DNA of 64,000 nucleotides from assembly GCA_050287785.1 (NCBI GenBank), contig JBNKCO010000018.1, positions 9,149 through 73,148 on the forward strand, in the 5' to 3' direction. Origin of the DNA: Bacteroidales bacterium (GTDB lineage Bacteria > Bacteroidota > Bacteroidia > Bacteroidales > UBA10428). The notes under the pieces were generated by a model. That model searched no databases. It saw only the letters and a program-made list of their open reading frames with translations, and was not told the origin of the DNA. Below, in pieces: positions 9,836 through 19,320 of this stretch. The translations under genes were made by a program, and so were the position numbers. Each line of letters begins with the position of its first letter. Position 1 is the first letter of the stretch.

Positions 9836-11542
9836 ATGAAAAAAAAATATATATCACTCATTTACATAACCCTTTTTATTTCTCTACTCTTTAATTCCTG
9901 TAGCGATATGCTTGATGTTAAGCCAAAAGGAGTAGTTCCGGAAGAAAACCATTTCAGAGATATATACGATGCTGATGCTGCTGTAAGAGGCATTTATGGG
10001 AAACTTGTAAACCTGGCTGATGAGTATGTAATATTAAATGAATTGAGAGCTGATTTAATGGATGTAACTGACCGAGCTGATCACTCACTACGAGAAATTA
10101 ATCTACATCAGGCTACATCGAAAAACCCTTATGCAAATCCGCAAAAATTCTATTCATTAATAAATGATTGTAACGATGCTCTTGTAAATTTTAATCGTAT
10201 GCTTAAAGAGCTTAGATTCTCAGAAAGTGCTTATAATCAAAGATATTCAGATATTTTAACTATTCGTGCCTGGCTATATTTACAACTAGTAATACATTAT
10301 GGAGAAGTACCATATATTACTGTTCCTATCGATAAAGTTGAGGATCTTCAGTTACTTAAAGATTCTGTTTTCCCTGTTTTAACTATTGAAACAATGGTTG
10401 ATTCCTTAGTCTTAAGCATGGAGAAATTACCCTATTTAAATTTATATACTGATGCTTCAATGCTAACCTCCATCGATGGTTTTAGTACCAAGATAATGTT
10501 TATTGACAAAGAGTATTTTCTTGGAGAACTTTACTTATGGCAAGGCAATTATATGAATGCGGCAACTCAGTTTAAAAAAGTAATGGAACGAGAAATAGGT
10601 GGAACTAATTACGATACATATAAACTACCATCAGATTATTATACTGACGAATATTACAACAGCAGATATGTTAGATACTATGAAAACGATATAAATAGTG
10701 TGGTTAACAATTGGCCTAAAATGTTTTCTGATTTTCAAAATAAAAGTTACTATAATGAATGGATATGGGTATTGTATTACAGTGAAAATTATGCTCCTGA
10801 AAATCCATTTATTAATTTGTTTTCTCTGGAGGGCGGTGAATATTTACTAAAACCCTCAACCCTTGCCATAGATAACTGGAAAAATGGAATTCAAAAAAAT
10901 GGTTTTACCGGAGATCTTCGGGGAGAGAATAGCTCCTACATAATGAATGGTAATTTACCAATTATCAATAAATTCATTGCCGACTATAATCCTCTAACTC
11001 CATTTAACAAAAGTGGTAAATGGTTCTTATGGCGCGCTGCCAGCCTACATTTAAGATATAGCGAGGCCGCAAATCGCGATGGGCATAGTAAAATTGCTTA
11101 TGCTTTATTGAATATAGGTATAAAAGATGCTTATACCGATCCTTCTCAGGAGGATTTCTTTACTCAGTGTCAAACAAATTTACCCTACCCATATGATTTA
11201 GATGGAAGAATGACCTCTTCAACACAAAATCCTCCTGGATTACGAGGCCTCTATCATAAAAACCTGGGAATTAGAGGAAGAGTTTTTATGCAGGCTATGG
11301 AGTACCCTGTTGGTGTAGATTCATTAACCTATACAGAAGATAAAATCCTTGATGAAGCAAGCCTTGAAACTGCTTTCGAAGGACAACGTTGGGGCGATTT
11401 AGTTCGAATAGCTATACGAAGAAATGATCCATCCATACTTGCAGACAAAGTTTACAATAAACTATATGCAGCAGGCTACCCTGAGGCCGATGCTGTAAGA
11501 GCAAAATTAATGAATAGAGAAAACTGGTTTATACCCTGGTAA
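9836..11542 (+). CDS. SusD/RagB-family lipoprotein
   Basis: The listed ORF begins at a TTG at 9821. The ATG at 9836 gives MKKKYISLIYITLFISLLFNSC (lipobox). SusD C-terminal motif ETAFEGQRWGDLVRIAIR. Directly follows SusC. Confidence 0.8.
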   Translation: MKKKYISLIYITLFISLLFNSCSDMLDVKPKGVVPEENHFRDIYDADAAVRGIYGKLVNLADEYVILNELRADLMDVTDRADHSLREINLHQATSKNPYANPQKFYSLINDCNDALVNFNRMLKELRFSESAYNQRYSDILTIRAWLYLQLVIHYGEVPYITVPIDKVEDLQLLKDSVFPVLTIETMVDSLVLSMEKLPYLNLYTDASMLTSIDGFSTKIMFIDKEYFLGELYLWQGNYMNAATQFKKVMEREIGGTNYDTYKLPSDYYTDEYYNSRYVRYYENDINSVVNNWPKMFSDFQNKSYYNEWIWVLYYSENYAPENPFINLFSLEGGEYLLKPSTLAIDNWKNGIQKNGFTGDLRGENSSYIMNGNLPIINKFIADYNPLTPFNKSGKWFLWRAASLHLRYSEAANRDGHSKIAYALLNIGIKDAYTDPSQEDFFTQCQTNLPYPYDLDGRMTSSTQNPPGLRGLYHKNLGIRGRVFMQAMEYPVGVDSLTYTEDKILDEASLETAFEGQRWGDLVRIAIRRNDPSILADKVYNKLYAAGYPEADAVRAKLMNRENWFIPW

Positions 11543-11609
11543 TTAAATAATTATGAATAAATAAAATAATTAAACTATAAAAAATAACACTAATACATAA
11601 GAATTTTAA

Positions 11610-14600
11610 ATGATTAAAAACTTCTATACTATGAAAGAAAATTACTCAACAATTTCAAAAAAGCTTTTATTATCTGGCTTCTTTAGGCTAAGTATAAAGA
11701 AAGTAAGCAAAGCCTTAGGTTTTGTACTATTTTTCTCTCTTATGACTCAACTCAGTATAGCGCAAACTGAGATTAGCTGGACTGGAACAGTAAGCAGTGA
11801 TGCCAGTAACTCTTTTAACTGGAATCCCCAGTTAACCCCTCCGGGAAACATTATTTACATTGACTCGGCCTATAAATTTACTAATCTGCCAGTTTATAAT
11901 GTAGAAAACAGCATTTCTATTTATCAAATTTTAAATGAGTACACTAGTAAATTCGAAATTAATGTTGCAAAAGACTCTATTGTAGATGTTAATGGCAGCA
12001 GTTCAGCACACTTGTATCCTCATGGCAGAATGACTAAAGGTGGTGAAGGGACACTCTCTTTTAGAGCTAATATTTACTTCGAGAATATTGCAGACACACT
12101 TGTAATTACTGATGGAACAGTAGATTGCAGATCATCATTATTAATGGGAACAAAAACTCTAACTGCAGGTGGATATATGGAAATATCCGGTAATGGTGTT
12201 TTCCTATCAAAAGGTGCCTGGCCTCCAGGAAGATTCGCAACAGATTCCTTACAATCAGTTATAACAATAACAGACAATGGACGATTAGAAGTTATTAGTT
12301 CCAAGACACCTGACTGGTCAGCAGATGCTCAATACTTAGCTGATAGAAATCAAATTAAATCATCTCCAGACAGAGATATTATTGTTAAATATAGTTTAGA
12401 ACAAAACAAAACTATTGTCTACTCTCGATCAAAGATGGCTTTTGTTGTTGAACCTGATATGGATCAAAATATCGTAGCAAATGAAGATGGAGAAATTCTT
12501 CGAATTGCTAAGAATGACGGTTTGGCTAGTATGACTTCTTTAGCATGGAAATATTCTACAACTTCCGGCAGTGGGTATGTTGATTTTCCTACTACTCAAA
12601 ATGGAGATACACTTGTTCCAAATTTTGTTGATCCAGGCGTATTTTATGTAGTCTGTATTGGCGATAATGGAACAACTACAGATACAACAAATGAAGTGAA
12701 GTTTCTTGTTTCATCAGATAAAGTTTCTATAGCTCCTGAAGGAAAACAATCGCTTAGAATAGGACAAGTACCTTATACTCTAACAGTTACCGAAGAAGTA
12801 ACAGTTGATAGTCGTGATTGGTTATATACTACTACTCCGGGGTCAGGTTACCAGTCTTTCGATCCAGCTCAAACAGGTGTTACCTGTTCACCAATTTTTG
12901 ATGAAGTAGGTGATTATTTTGTAATATGTAAATCGGCAATAGGCAATGTTGATCATCAGTCGAATGAAGTAGCAATAAGCTTTTCTGATTCTACCGGATA
13001 TAGCGATATTCATTGGAGAGGAACATATAGTGAAGAAGGTGCCGATATTCGTAACTGGTGGCCTCACTCCTATTTATATAGAGCAAATATACTTCTGGAT
13101 ACAACAGAATATGATGTTGATCCTGTAATAAACACAGTAGGTGACGTATTCATTGGTTCATTAGGTATTCCTGCTGGAGCTAAATTAACAATTGACCTGC
13201 CAAATAATTTGGACACAATTACAAGAAGTTCTTCTGTAAATTCTGGTTCTGACTATATATCCGGAACTGTTCATATAAAAAGCGGTGTTTATAAAGTTAA
13301 TACATATCAGCATTTTTTAAATCCAACTACTCTTCTTGATATAGAAGGTGGAGCTTATGTTCAGAGTAATTACACGCTTTTATTAGGTGAAAAATACCTA
13401 ACTTATGGTGGAACTGTTAATGTACATGGTACAGGTTTACTTTATGCAAATTCTATTGGCAGATTTTCTACCGATACAACTCAAAGCGTTATTACTGTTT
13501 GGGACGAAGGTAAAATTGTTTTAGTGGGAGATCAAACAGCTGATGTTACGGCTTGGATTGCTAAAAATCAGTTAAAAACCCTTGAAAACTGGGAATTGGT
13601 AGTTGTATATGATTCTGGTGAGGATATTACTATTGTAACAGCATTTGATCCATACGCTATTACTGTAGAACCATTAACAGCTCAAATACTTTATGCCAGC
13701 GAATTGGGAGACAAACTTTCTGCCTTAAATACTGGAATATACGATTCTCTTGTTTGGAAATACTCAACAACTTACGACGGTGAATTAATGGAAATCGCAC
13801 CTCAGGCAAATGGTGATACCTTAATTCCAGTATTCAGTGTTCCTGGCGATTATTATGTTATTTGTGTGGGTATAAATGATACCATAACGAAGAAATCAAA
13901 TAAAATACACATAATTATTCCTGAAGTTAATGTCACCCCTACTGAAAAACAAACAATCAATATTAATGGTGAAAGTGTAAACATGTCGGTGGCTGAAACC
14001 CCAGCTTCTACAAGCCGCTTATGGAAATATAGCACAACAGCCGGAGGACCATACAATACAACTACTGGTGGTATTAGTACAGAGACCTATCAGATTATTT
14101 TCCCAACAACAGGTACTAAATATATTGTTTGTGAATCTGTATTTAAAGAGGGGAATACTACAAAAACTATAATAAGTAACGAAGTTGAAGTTGAAATAGT
14201 AGAATTGTCAATAAATCCTGATAATAATCAGACCATTGTTGTCAATACAGACGGCACAACTATTTCTGCTGTTGAAGATGGAGCTGTTGATAGCAGAGAA
14301 TGGTTGGTAAGTACTACTCCTGGTTCTGGTTATGCCTCTTTTGACCCAAAAGAAACAGATGTAGACTACACACCAAACTTCGCAAGTGTTGGAACATATT
14401 ATGTAGTATGTGCTTCTGTTTTCAGTGGTCTTACAATTCAAAGCGATGAAGTTAAAATTACTGTTAATTCAAATACTGGAATAAGCAATCATTCAGTAAA
14501 TACTTTAGCGCTTTATCCAAATCCTACTTCCGGAACATTTATTATTAACGAAGAAAACATCAGTTCTTATCGCGTTAATGTATATAATACTCTGGGTAAG

Positions 14601-14729
14601 TTGGTAGTTTCTAAAGAATTTAATAATGTGTCTGGACCACAGGAATTATCTCTAGATACAAAAGGAATCTATCTAATAAATCTAGTTACTGACAATCAGG
14701 TAAAAACAAGTAGATTAATTGTTGAATAG
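11610..14729 (+). CDS. Large repeat-built cell-surface protein with T9SS C-terminal sorting domain
   Basis: Signal peptide (...FFSLMTQLSIAQ). Five ~85-aa modules carry W-(K/L)-Y-S/T-T-T...G-x-Y-Y/F-V-V/I-C. The C-terminus LYPNPTSGTFIINE...KGIYLINLVTDNQVKTSRLIVE is typical of Por/T9SS CTDs. Confidence 0.7.
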   Translation: MIKNFYTMKENYSTISKKLLLSGFFRLSIKKVSKALGFVLFFSLMTQLSIAQTEISWTGTVSSDASNSFNWNPQLTPPGNIIYIDSAYKFTNLPVYNVENSISIYQILNEYTSKFEINVAKDSIVDVNGSSSAHLYPHGRMTKGGEGTLSFRANIYFENIADTLVITDGTVDCRSSLLMGTKTLTAGGYMEISGNGVFLSKGAWPPGRFATDSLQSVITITDNGRLEVISSKTPDWSADAQYLADRNQIKSSPDRDIIVKYSLEQNKTIVYSRSKMAFVVEPDMDQNIVANEDGEILRIAKNDGLASMTSLAWKYSTTSGSGYVDFPTTQNGDTLVPNFVDPGVFYVVCIGDNGTTTDTTNEVKFLVSSDKVSIAPEGKQSLRIGQVPYTLTVTEEVTVDSRDWLYTTTPGSGYQSFDPAQTGVTCSPIFDEVGDYFVICKSAIGNVDHQSNEVAISFSDSTGYSDIHWRGTYSEEGADIRNWWPHSYLYRANILLDTTEYDVDPVINTVGDVFIGSLGIPAGAKLTIDLPNNLDTITRSSSVNSGSDYISGTVHIKSGVYKVNTYQHFLNPTTLLDIEGGAYVQSNYTLLLGEKYLTYGGTVNVHGTGLLYANSIGRFSTDTTQSVITVWDEGKIVLVGDQTADVTAWIAKNQLKTLENWELVVVYDSGEDITIVTAFDPYAITVEPLTAQILYASELGDKLSALNTGIYDSLVWKYSTTYDGELMEIAPQANGDTLIPVFSVPGDYYVICVGINDTITKKSNKIHIIIPEVNVTPTEKQTININGESVNMSVAETPASTSRLWKYSTTAGGPYNTTTGGISTETYQIIFPTTGTKYIVCESVFKEGNTTKTIISNEVEVEIVELSINPDNNQTIVVNTDGTTISAVEDGAVDSREWLVSTTPGSGYASFDPKETDVDYTPNFASVGTYYVVCASVFSGLTIQSDEVKITVNSNTGISNHSVNTLALYPNPTSGTFIINEENISSYRVNVYNTLGKLVVSKEFNNVSGPQELSLDTKGIYLINLVTDNQVKTSRLIVE

Positions 14730-14753
14730 TTAGTTAGTCGATTTTTCATATTA

Positions 14754-14789
14754 GGTATTCCACAGTAAGTATACTGTGGAATACCTTTT
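14754..14789 (+). terminator. Intrinsic terminator after the surface-protein gene
   Basis: Perfect 12-bp stem ggtattccacag / ctgtggaatacc with an 8-nt loop, followed by tttt. Confidence 0.7.
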
Positions 14790-14919
14790 AATTAAATGAA
14801 TAACACCATGAGGAAGAGCATACGAGATATCAAAATTTGCTTTGCAAACAATTTTGTTACCAAACCAGTGAAGGGGAATTAACCACCTTAGAATAAAGAA
14901 TTATATAAGTAAGCAATAA

Positions 14920-15095
14920 TTAATATATTAAGTAACGATTACATTTATTTAACCATGACAAAGAAAATCGCCAAACAAGTATTATTAATCTCTCTGATTT
15001 ACTTTCGTCAAATTATTCATTCATATTCAAAAGAGTAATGCAGGTTAAACAATTAATGGTTAGTTAATATATTAAGCAACAATCATTTATCAACC
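14920..15095. repeat. Two copies of a ~32-35 bp direct repeat in the GH2 upstream region
   Basis: 14920-14954 is TTAATATATTAAGTAACGATTACATTTATTTAACC. 15064-15095 is TTAATATATTAAGCAACAATCATTTATCAACC. The two differ by three substitutions and two small indels. Confidence 0.5.
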
Positions 15096-15213
15096 TTAGC
15101 AACCGACACAACATTTTTTCCAAATCATTAAAAATTGCTACTATAAACCCAGACCTATCCAACTTTTAAGTAAAAAAAGGTTGGAAATAATTCACTTTTA
15201 AACGAATAAATAA

Positions 15214-18057
15214 ATGATTTCAATAAAAAACATTAACAATACCTTTGTAAAAATCGTTCGGGTAATTTCCCCTGTTATTCTGGTTATATCTTTCTTTAGT
15301 TGCTCTTTTGCACAAGAAACTACTACCCAGAACCTATACCTTTCCGGAACAGATAATGAAATTACTAAGACCTGGGAATTCTTCTGTACAAGTGGCAGGA
15401 ATAGTGGCTATTGGACAACAATAGAGGTTCCCTCTCATTGGGAACAACAAGGATTTGGAGACTATGATTATGGTAGAGATTATATGACTTACGGTAAAAA
15501 ATACAAGTTTACCAATGAGCAAGGTCTCTATAAATATAAATTCAATATTCCGGAAAACTGGAGTAACCGTGAAATTAATATTGTGTTTGAAGGTTCAATG
15601 ACTGATACGGAAGTTAAGATTAACGGGAAATCTGCCGGAGAAACACATCAGGGCTCATTTTATCAGTTTAAATATAATATTACTGATTTGTTAAACTTCA
15701 ATTCCGAAAATCTTTTAGAAGTTACTGTTAGCAAAGAATCAACTAACAATTCAGTAAATGCAGCAGAACGCAGAGCCGATTATTGGATATTTGGCGGTAT
15801 TTTCAGACCTGTTTTTTTGGAATCTTTTCCGAAAGAACACATTGAAAGAATAGCTATTGATGCTAAGGCTAATGGTTTATTCAATTTAGATGTTTACACA
15901 AAAAATATTTCCTCCACAAAATCAGTTCGTGTAACACTATTCAATGCAGAAAATGAGGAGCATGAAGTTATTGAGAAAAAAATAAAAGGGAAAGATTCGA
16001 AAATAAGCCTGAACTCAGAAATCGCTAATATTCAGCCTTGGTCGCAGGAATTGCCTGTACTTTATAAGCTTAAAGTTGAATTACTTAATGGCGATAAAGT
16101 TATTCATTCAGTTTCCGACAAATTTGGGTTCAGAACGATAGAGATACGTAAGGGCAATGGTATTTATGTTAATGGTACCAAGATTAAAATGAAAGGAATT
16201 AATCGTCATGCATTTTGGCCAGAAACCGGCAGATGCCTCAATGACAAAATTAATCTGAATGATGTTAAGTTAATAAAGGAAATGAACATGAATGCTGTCC
16301 GTTGTTCTCATTATCCTCCTGACAAAATATTTCTTGATTATTGTGACTCACTTGGAATATATGTTATAGACGAATTGGCTGGATGGCAAAATGCATACGA
16401 CACAAAATCGGGCGAAAAACTTGTTCGGGAACTGGTAGTTCGTGATGTTAACCACCCTTCTATTATTTTCTGGAGTAATGGTAACGAAGGTGGCCATAAT
16501 TTTGATCTTGATGATGATTATGGTTTGTACGATCCTTCGAATCGACCTGTAATTCATGCTCACCACCGACCTGGAAATGATTTTAATGGAATTGATTGTA
16601 ATCATTACGAAAATTATTACAGTTGCAAAAATATTCTCAAAGGTCCTAATATTTATATGCCTACTGAATTCTTACATGGTCAGGACGATGGAGGAATGGC
16701 TGCTGGCCTCTACGATTTTTGGGAATTATTTTGGAAAGAAGATTTGTCGGGTGGAGGATTTCTTTGGACCCTTTTAGATGAAGGATTAGTGCGCACTGAT
16801 CTTAATGGTTACATTGATGTGAACCGAGTGAATGCCCCCGATGGTGTTTTAGGGCCTCACAGAGAAAAAGAAGGCAGCTTCTATGCTATGCGGGAGATTT
16901 TTTCGCCAATAAAAATAAAAATGAAGGAATTACCATCAAACTTCAGTGGTAATATTGCTATTGAAAATAGATTTCATTTTATCAACCTTAACCAATGTAA
17001 ATTTGTATGGCAGTTGGTTAACTTTAAAAGCCCTGTCGAGCGATCTGTAGGCTATACAGTTCAAACTGAATCCGAAGCTTTAGCACCAAATATTATGCCT
17101 TCAGATTCTGGAATTCTTTCGTTGAAACTACCCGAAGAATGGACCAAAACTGATGCTTTACTTTTAAAAGCATTTCATCCAAATGGTGATGAAGTAATGG
17201 AATGGAGCTGGCAAATAAAATCGAACAAAGAATTAACTAACTCCATTGTAACATGGGAAGAGGGTGAAGTTGATGTTCAGGAAAGTGACAAGTCAATTGA
17301 ATTATCAGCAGGCGATATTACTGTTATTTTAGATAAAAAAACAGGAAGAATCTCAGAACTTAAAAACAAACAAAGTCAACCCCTTTCATTTACAAATGGC
17401 CCCATAGTTGTAGGTGGAGAATCTCATTTTGTTTCTCTAAATCATTTTAAAACTGAAGACGGCTATACCGTAGAAGCTAAATATGACGGCGCTTTAAAAT
17501 ACCTCAAATGGACAATGAATGCCAGTGGTTGGATTAGTCTTGAATACGAATACAGCCTTGAAAATGAACATCCTTTTTATGGAATTACATTTGATTATCC
17601 AGAGTCTAATATTATAGGTGTTAAGTGGCTTGGTAATGGCCCTTACAGAGTTTGGAAAAACAGGATGCAGGGAGGTAATCTTAATGTTTATCAAGCAATG
17701 TATAACAATACTTTCACTGGCTCTTCGCCATGGATTTATCCGGAATTTAAAGGCTATTATTCAAATATTGCATGGATTGAATTTAATACTGTTGACGGTA
17801 AATTTCTTGTTGCTTCCGAAGAAAAAGATTTATTTGTCCGTCTATTCGAGTTTTATTCCATTTCAGGCCCCAAAAATTTACCGGAGCTACCCAAAGGAGA
17901 TATTTCCTTTCTGGATGGAATTCCTCCGACCGGTACCAAACTTTGGACAAGGATTTCTGCAAATGCCTCAAAATTAGGTCCTAATAGCGATCTTAACTCC
18001 ATGAAAAAACCTGTTAAACGAACTCTCTATTTCTATTTTGGACTTCCAGAAAAATAA
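15214..18057 (+). CDS. Glycoside hydrolase family 2 enzyme (beta-galactosidase/beta-mannosidase-like), secreted
   Basis: 947 aa with a signal peptide. GH2 TIM-barrel motifs NAVRCSHYPPDKIFLDYCDSLGIYVIDE and IIFWSNGNEGG. Domain order is typical of GH2. Confidence 0.85.
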   Translation: MISIKNINNTFVKIVRVISPVILVISFFSCSFAQETTTQNLYLSGTDNEITKTWEFFCTSGRNSGYWTTIEVPSHWEQQGFGDYDYGRDYMTYGKKYKFTNEQGLYKYKFNIPENWSNREINIVFEGSMTDTEVKINGKSAGETHQGSFYQFKYNITDLLNFNSENLLEVTVSKESTNNSVNAAERRADYWIFGGIFRPVFLESFPKEHIERIAIDAKANGLFNLDVYTKNISSTKSVRVTLFNAENEEHEVIEKKIKGKDSKISLNSEIANIQPWSQELPVLYKLKVELLNGDKVIHSVSDKFGFRTIEIRKGNGIYVNGTKIKMKGINRHAFWPETGRCLNDKINLNDVKLIKEMNMNAVRCSHYPPDKIFLDYCDSLGIYVIDELAGWQNAYDTKSGEKLVRELVVRDVNHPSIIFWSNGNEGGHNFDLDDDYGLYDPSNRPVIHAHHRPGNDFNGIDCNHYENYYSCKNILKGPNIYMPTEFLHGQDDGGMAAGLYDFWELFWKEDLSGGGFLWTLLDEGLVRTDLNGYIDVNRVNAPDGVLGPHREKEGSFYAMREIFSPIKIKMKELPSNFSGNIAIENRFHFINLNQCKFVWQLVNFKSPVERSVGYTVQTESEALAPNIMPSDSGILSLKLPEEWTKTDALLLKAFHPNGDEVMEWSWQIKSNKELTNSIVTWEEGEVDVQESDKSIELSAGDITVILDKKTGRISELKNKQSQPLSFTNGPIVVGGESHFVSLNHFKTEDGYTVEAKYDGALKYLKWTMNASGWISLEYEYSLENEHPFYGITFDYPESNIIGVKWLGNGPYRVWKNRMQGGNLNVYQAMYNNTFTGSSPWIYPEFKGYYSNIAWIEFNTVDGKFLVASEEKDLFVRLFEFYSISGPKNLPELPKGDISFLDGIPPTGTKLWTRISANASKLGPNSDLNSMKKPVKRTLYFYFGLPEK

Positions 18058-18065
18058 ACAAAAGA

Positions 18066-18130
18066 AACCTCAGTTAAATTTTAAATTATTGCATAATAAA
18101 ATTAGCAGAATTTAAAATCTAACTGAGGTT
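18066..18130. terminator. Long hairpin between convergent genes (probable bidirectional terminator)
   Basis: 22-nt arms aacctcagttaaattttaaatt (18066-18087) and aatttaaaatctaactgaggtt (18109-18130), complementary with one mismatch. Lies between the GH2 stop and the end of the minus-strand small ORF. Confidence 0.55.
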
Positions 18131-18156
18131 AAAATTAACAAATAGTAATAGGCTGG

Positions 18157-18479
18157 TTATTTACTTATATCTTCAATTATTTCACATTTATCAGCAAAAA
18201 TGGTAAAAGCCGAAACATAGTCTTGTTGCGTTTGTTCCATTTTTCTCTTTAATTTATCAATGTCTCGAATTGATAAACTATCTGCAAAACCAGAACTTTT
18301 TTGTCTGTTTACCCAGGCGGAATCCTTACATGGGGTATTATCGGTTTGTGTAAATTTTAGTGGCCGAATTCATTGCACATCTGTTTCCGACCGTTACTAT
18401 TTTGAATAAATGTATAAAAGTTTGCGACAGCATCATCACGGCCATTAAATTTACATTTTGTAGGGCAAGTACTAATCAT
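18157..18479 (-). pseudogene. Small Cys-containing ORF, apparently frame-disrupted
   Basis: The ATG at 18479-18477 overlaps the upstream TGA (ATGA). It gives 40 codons (MISTCPTKCKFNGRDDAVANFYTFIQNSNGRKQMCNEFGH) to a stop at 18357. A different frame stays open from ~18372 to 18157 (...FTQTDNTPCKDSAWVNRQKSSGFADSLSIRDIDKLKRKMEQTQQDYVSAFTIFADKCEIIEDISK) with no start codon until late. Confidence 0.3.
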
Positions 18480-19225
18480 TTATTATAATCATAACATTCT
18501 ATGATAAATCCGTCAGATTTTATATCATCATGTGTAAAATCATATCTTTCATCTTCAGGCCAATCCCTAGGAAAACTAATCCTTAGGTAATTGCCTATCG
18601 CTGATTCCATACCATCAACTGAATCACAAAACGCCATTAATGAAGTGGATGGAATAAAATTCTCCTGCCAAAACTGAGCAGATAGAATTACAGCTAAACC
18701 ACAAAAAGCATCAATCAAATTATCAAAGGATGCTTGATTAAAATTATCATGTCTATCATGCTTTGTAGCATTATATGCTTTATACCATGGCAAAGCTCCA
18801 TCAATATTCCATTGAGCATATGGACTTCTAATATTTTTCTCTCCTTTCCAGAGAGGTAGTTTAATTGTATATGATGATAATCGGTGCGAAATATTTATTT
18901 TTTTATAATCCGTCATGTTTAAATCACCCTTTTTCTTATAACCGTTCTCAATCAGTATTGCTTTACAATTTGCCTCAACTTCTACACATGTTCTTAATAA
19001 TAATTCATGTATCCGGTATGAATAACTTTTTAAGTTTATATCTGAGGGTTCTATATAATCAAATAGAGTTTGTAAATCTTTTTGTATTAAAAGAAAAGCT
19101 CTCACATATTGCTCAGGAGATTTCGCGAAATCAGGATGCATTAAATATTTGGATTTTCCGCTATGAGAATAGTGACCATCAACAAACTGACGACATGTTC
19201 TCTTATATGGTTTCTTTAATCCCAT
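18476..19225 (-). CDS. Uncharacterised 249-aa cytoplasmic protein, possibly HEPN-like/abortive-infection-like
   Basis: No signal peptide or TM segment. Polar motifs VEVEANCKAIL and, ~65 aa later, WYKAYNATKHDRHDNF...NLIDAFCGLAVIL. The assignment is by pattern recall only. Confidence 0.55.
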   Translation of the reverse strand: MGLKKPYKRTCRQFVDGHYSHSGKSKYLMHPDFAKSPEQYVRAFLLIQKDLQTLFDYIEPSDINLKSYSYRIHELLLRTCVEVEANCKAILIENGYKKKGDLNMTDYKKINISHRLSSYTIKLPLWKGEKNIRSPYAQWNIDGALPWYKAYNATKHDRHDNFNQASFDNLIDAFCGLAVILSAQFWQENFIPSTSLMAFCDSVDGMESAIGNYLRISFPRDWPEDERYDFTHDDIKSDGFIIECYDYNK

Positions 19226-19320
19226 TTTAAATAAATTAAAGTTAAATCATATATATACAATTATTCAAAATGAAAAATACAACTTTATTTCAACTAGTGA
19301 TCTACTAATTCGTGAGGAAC

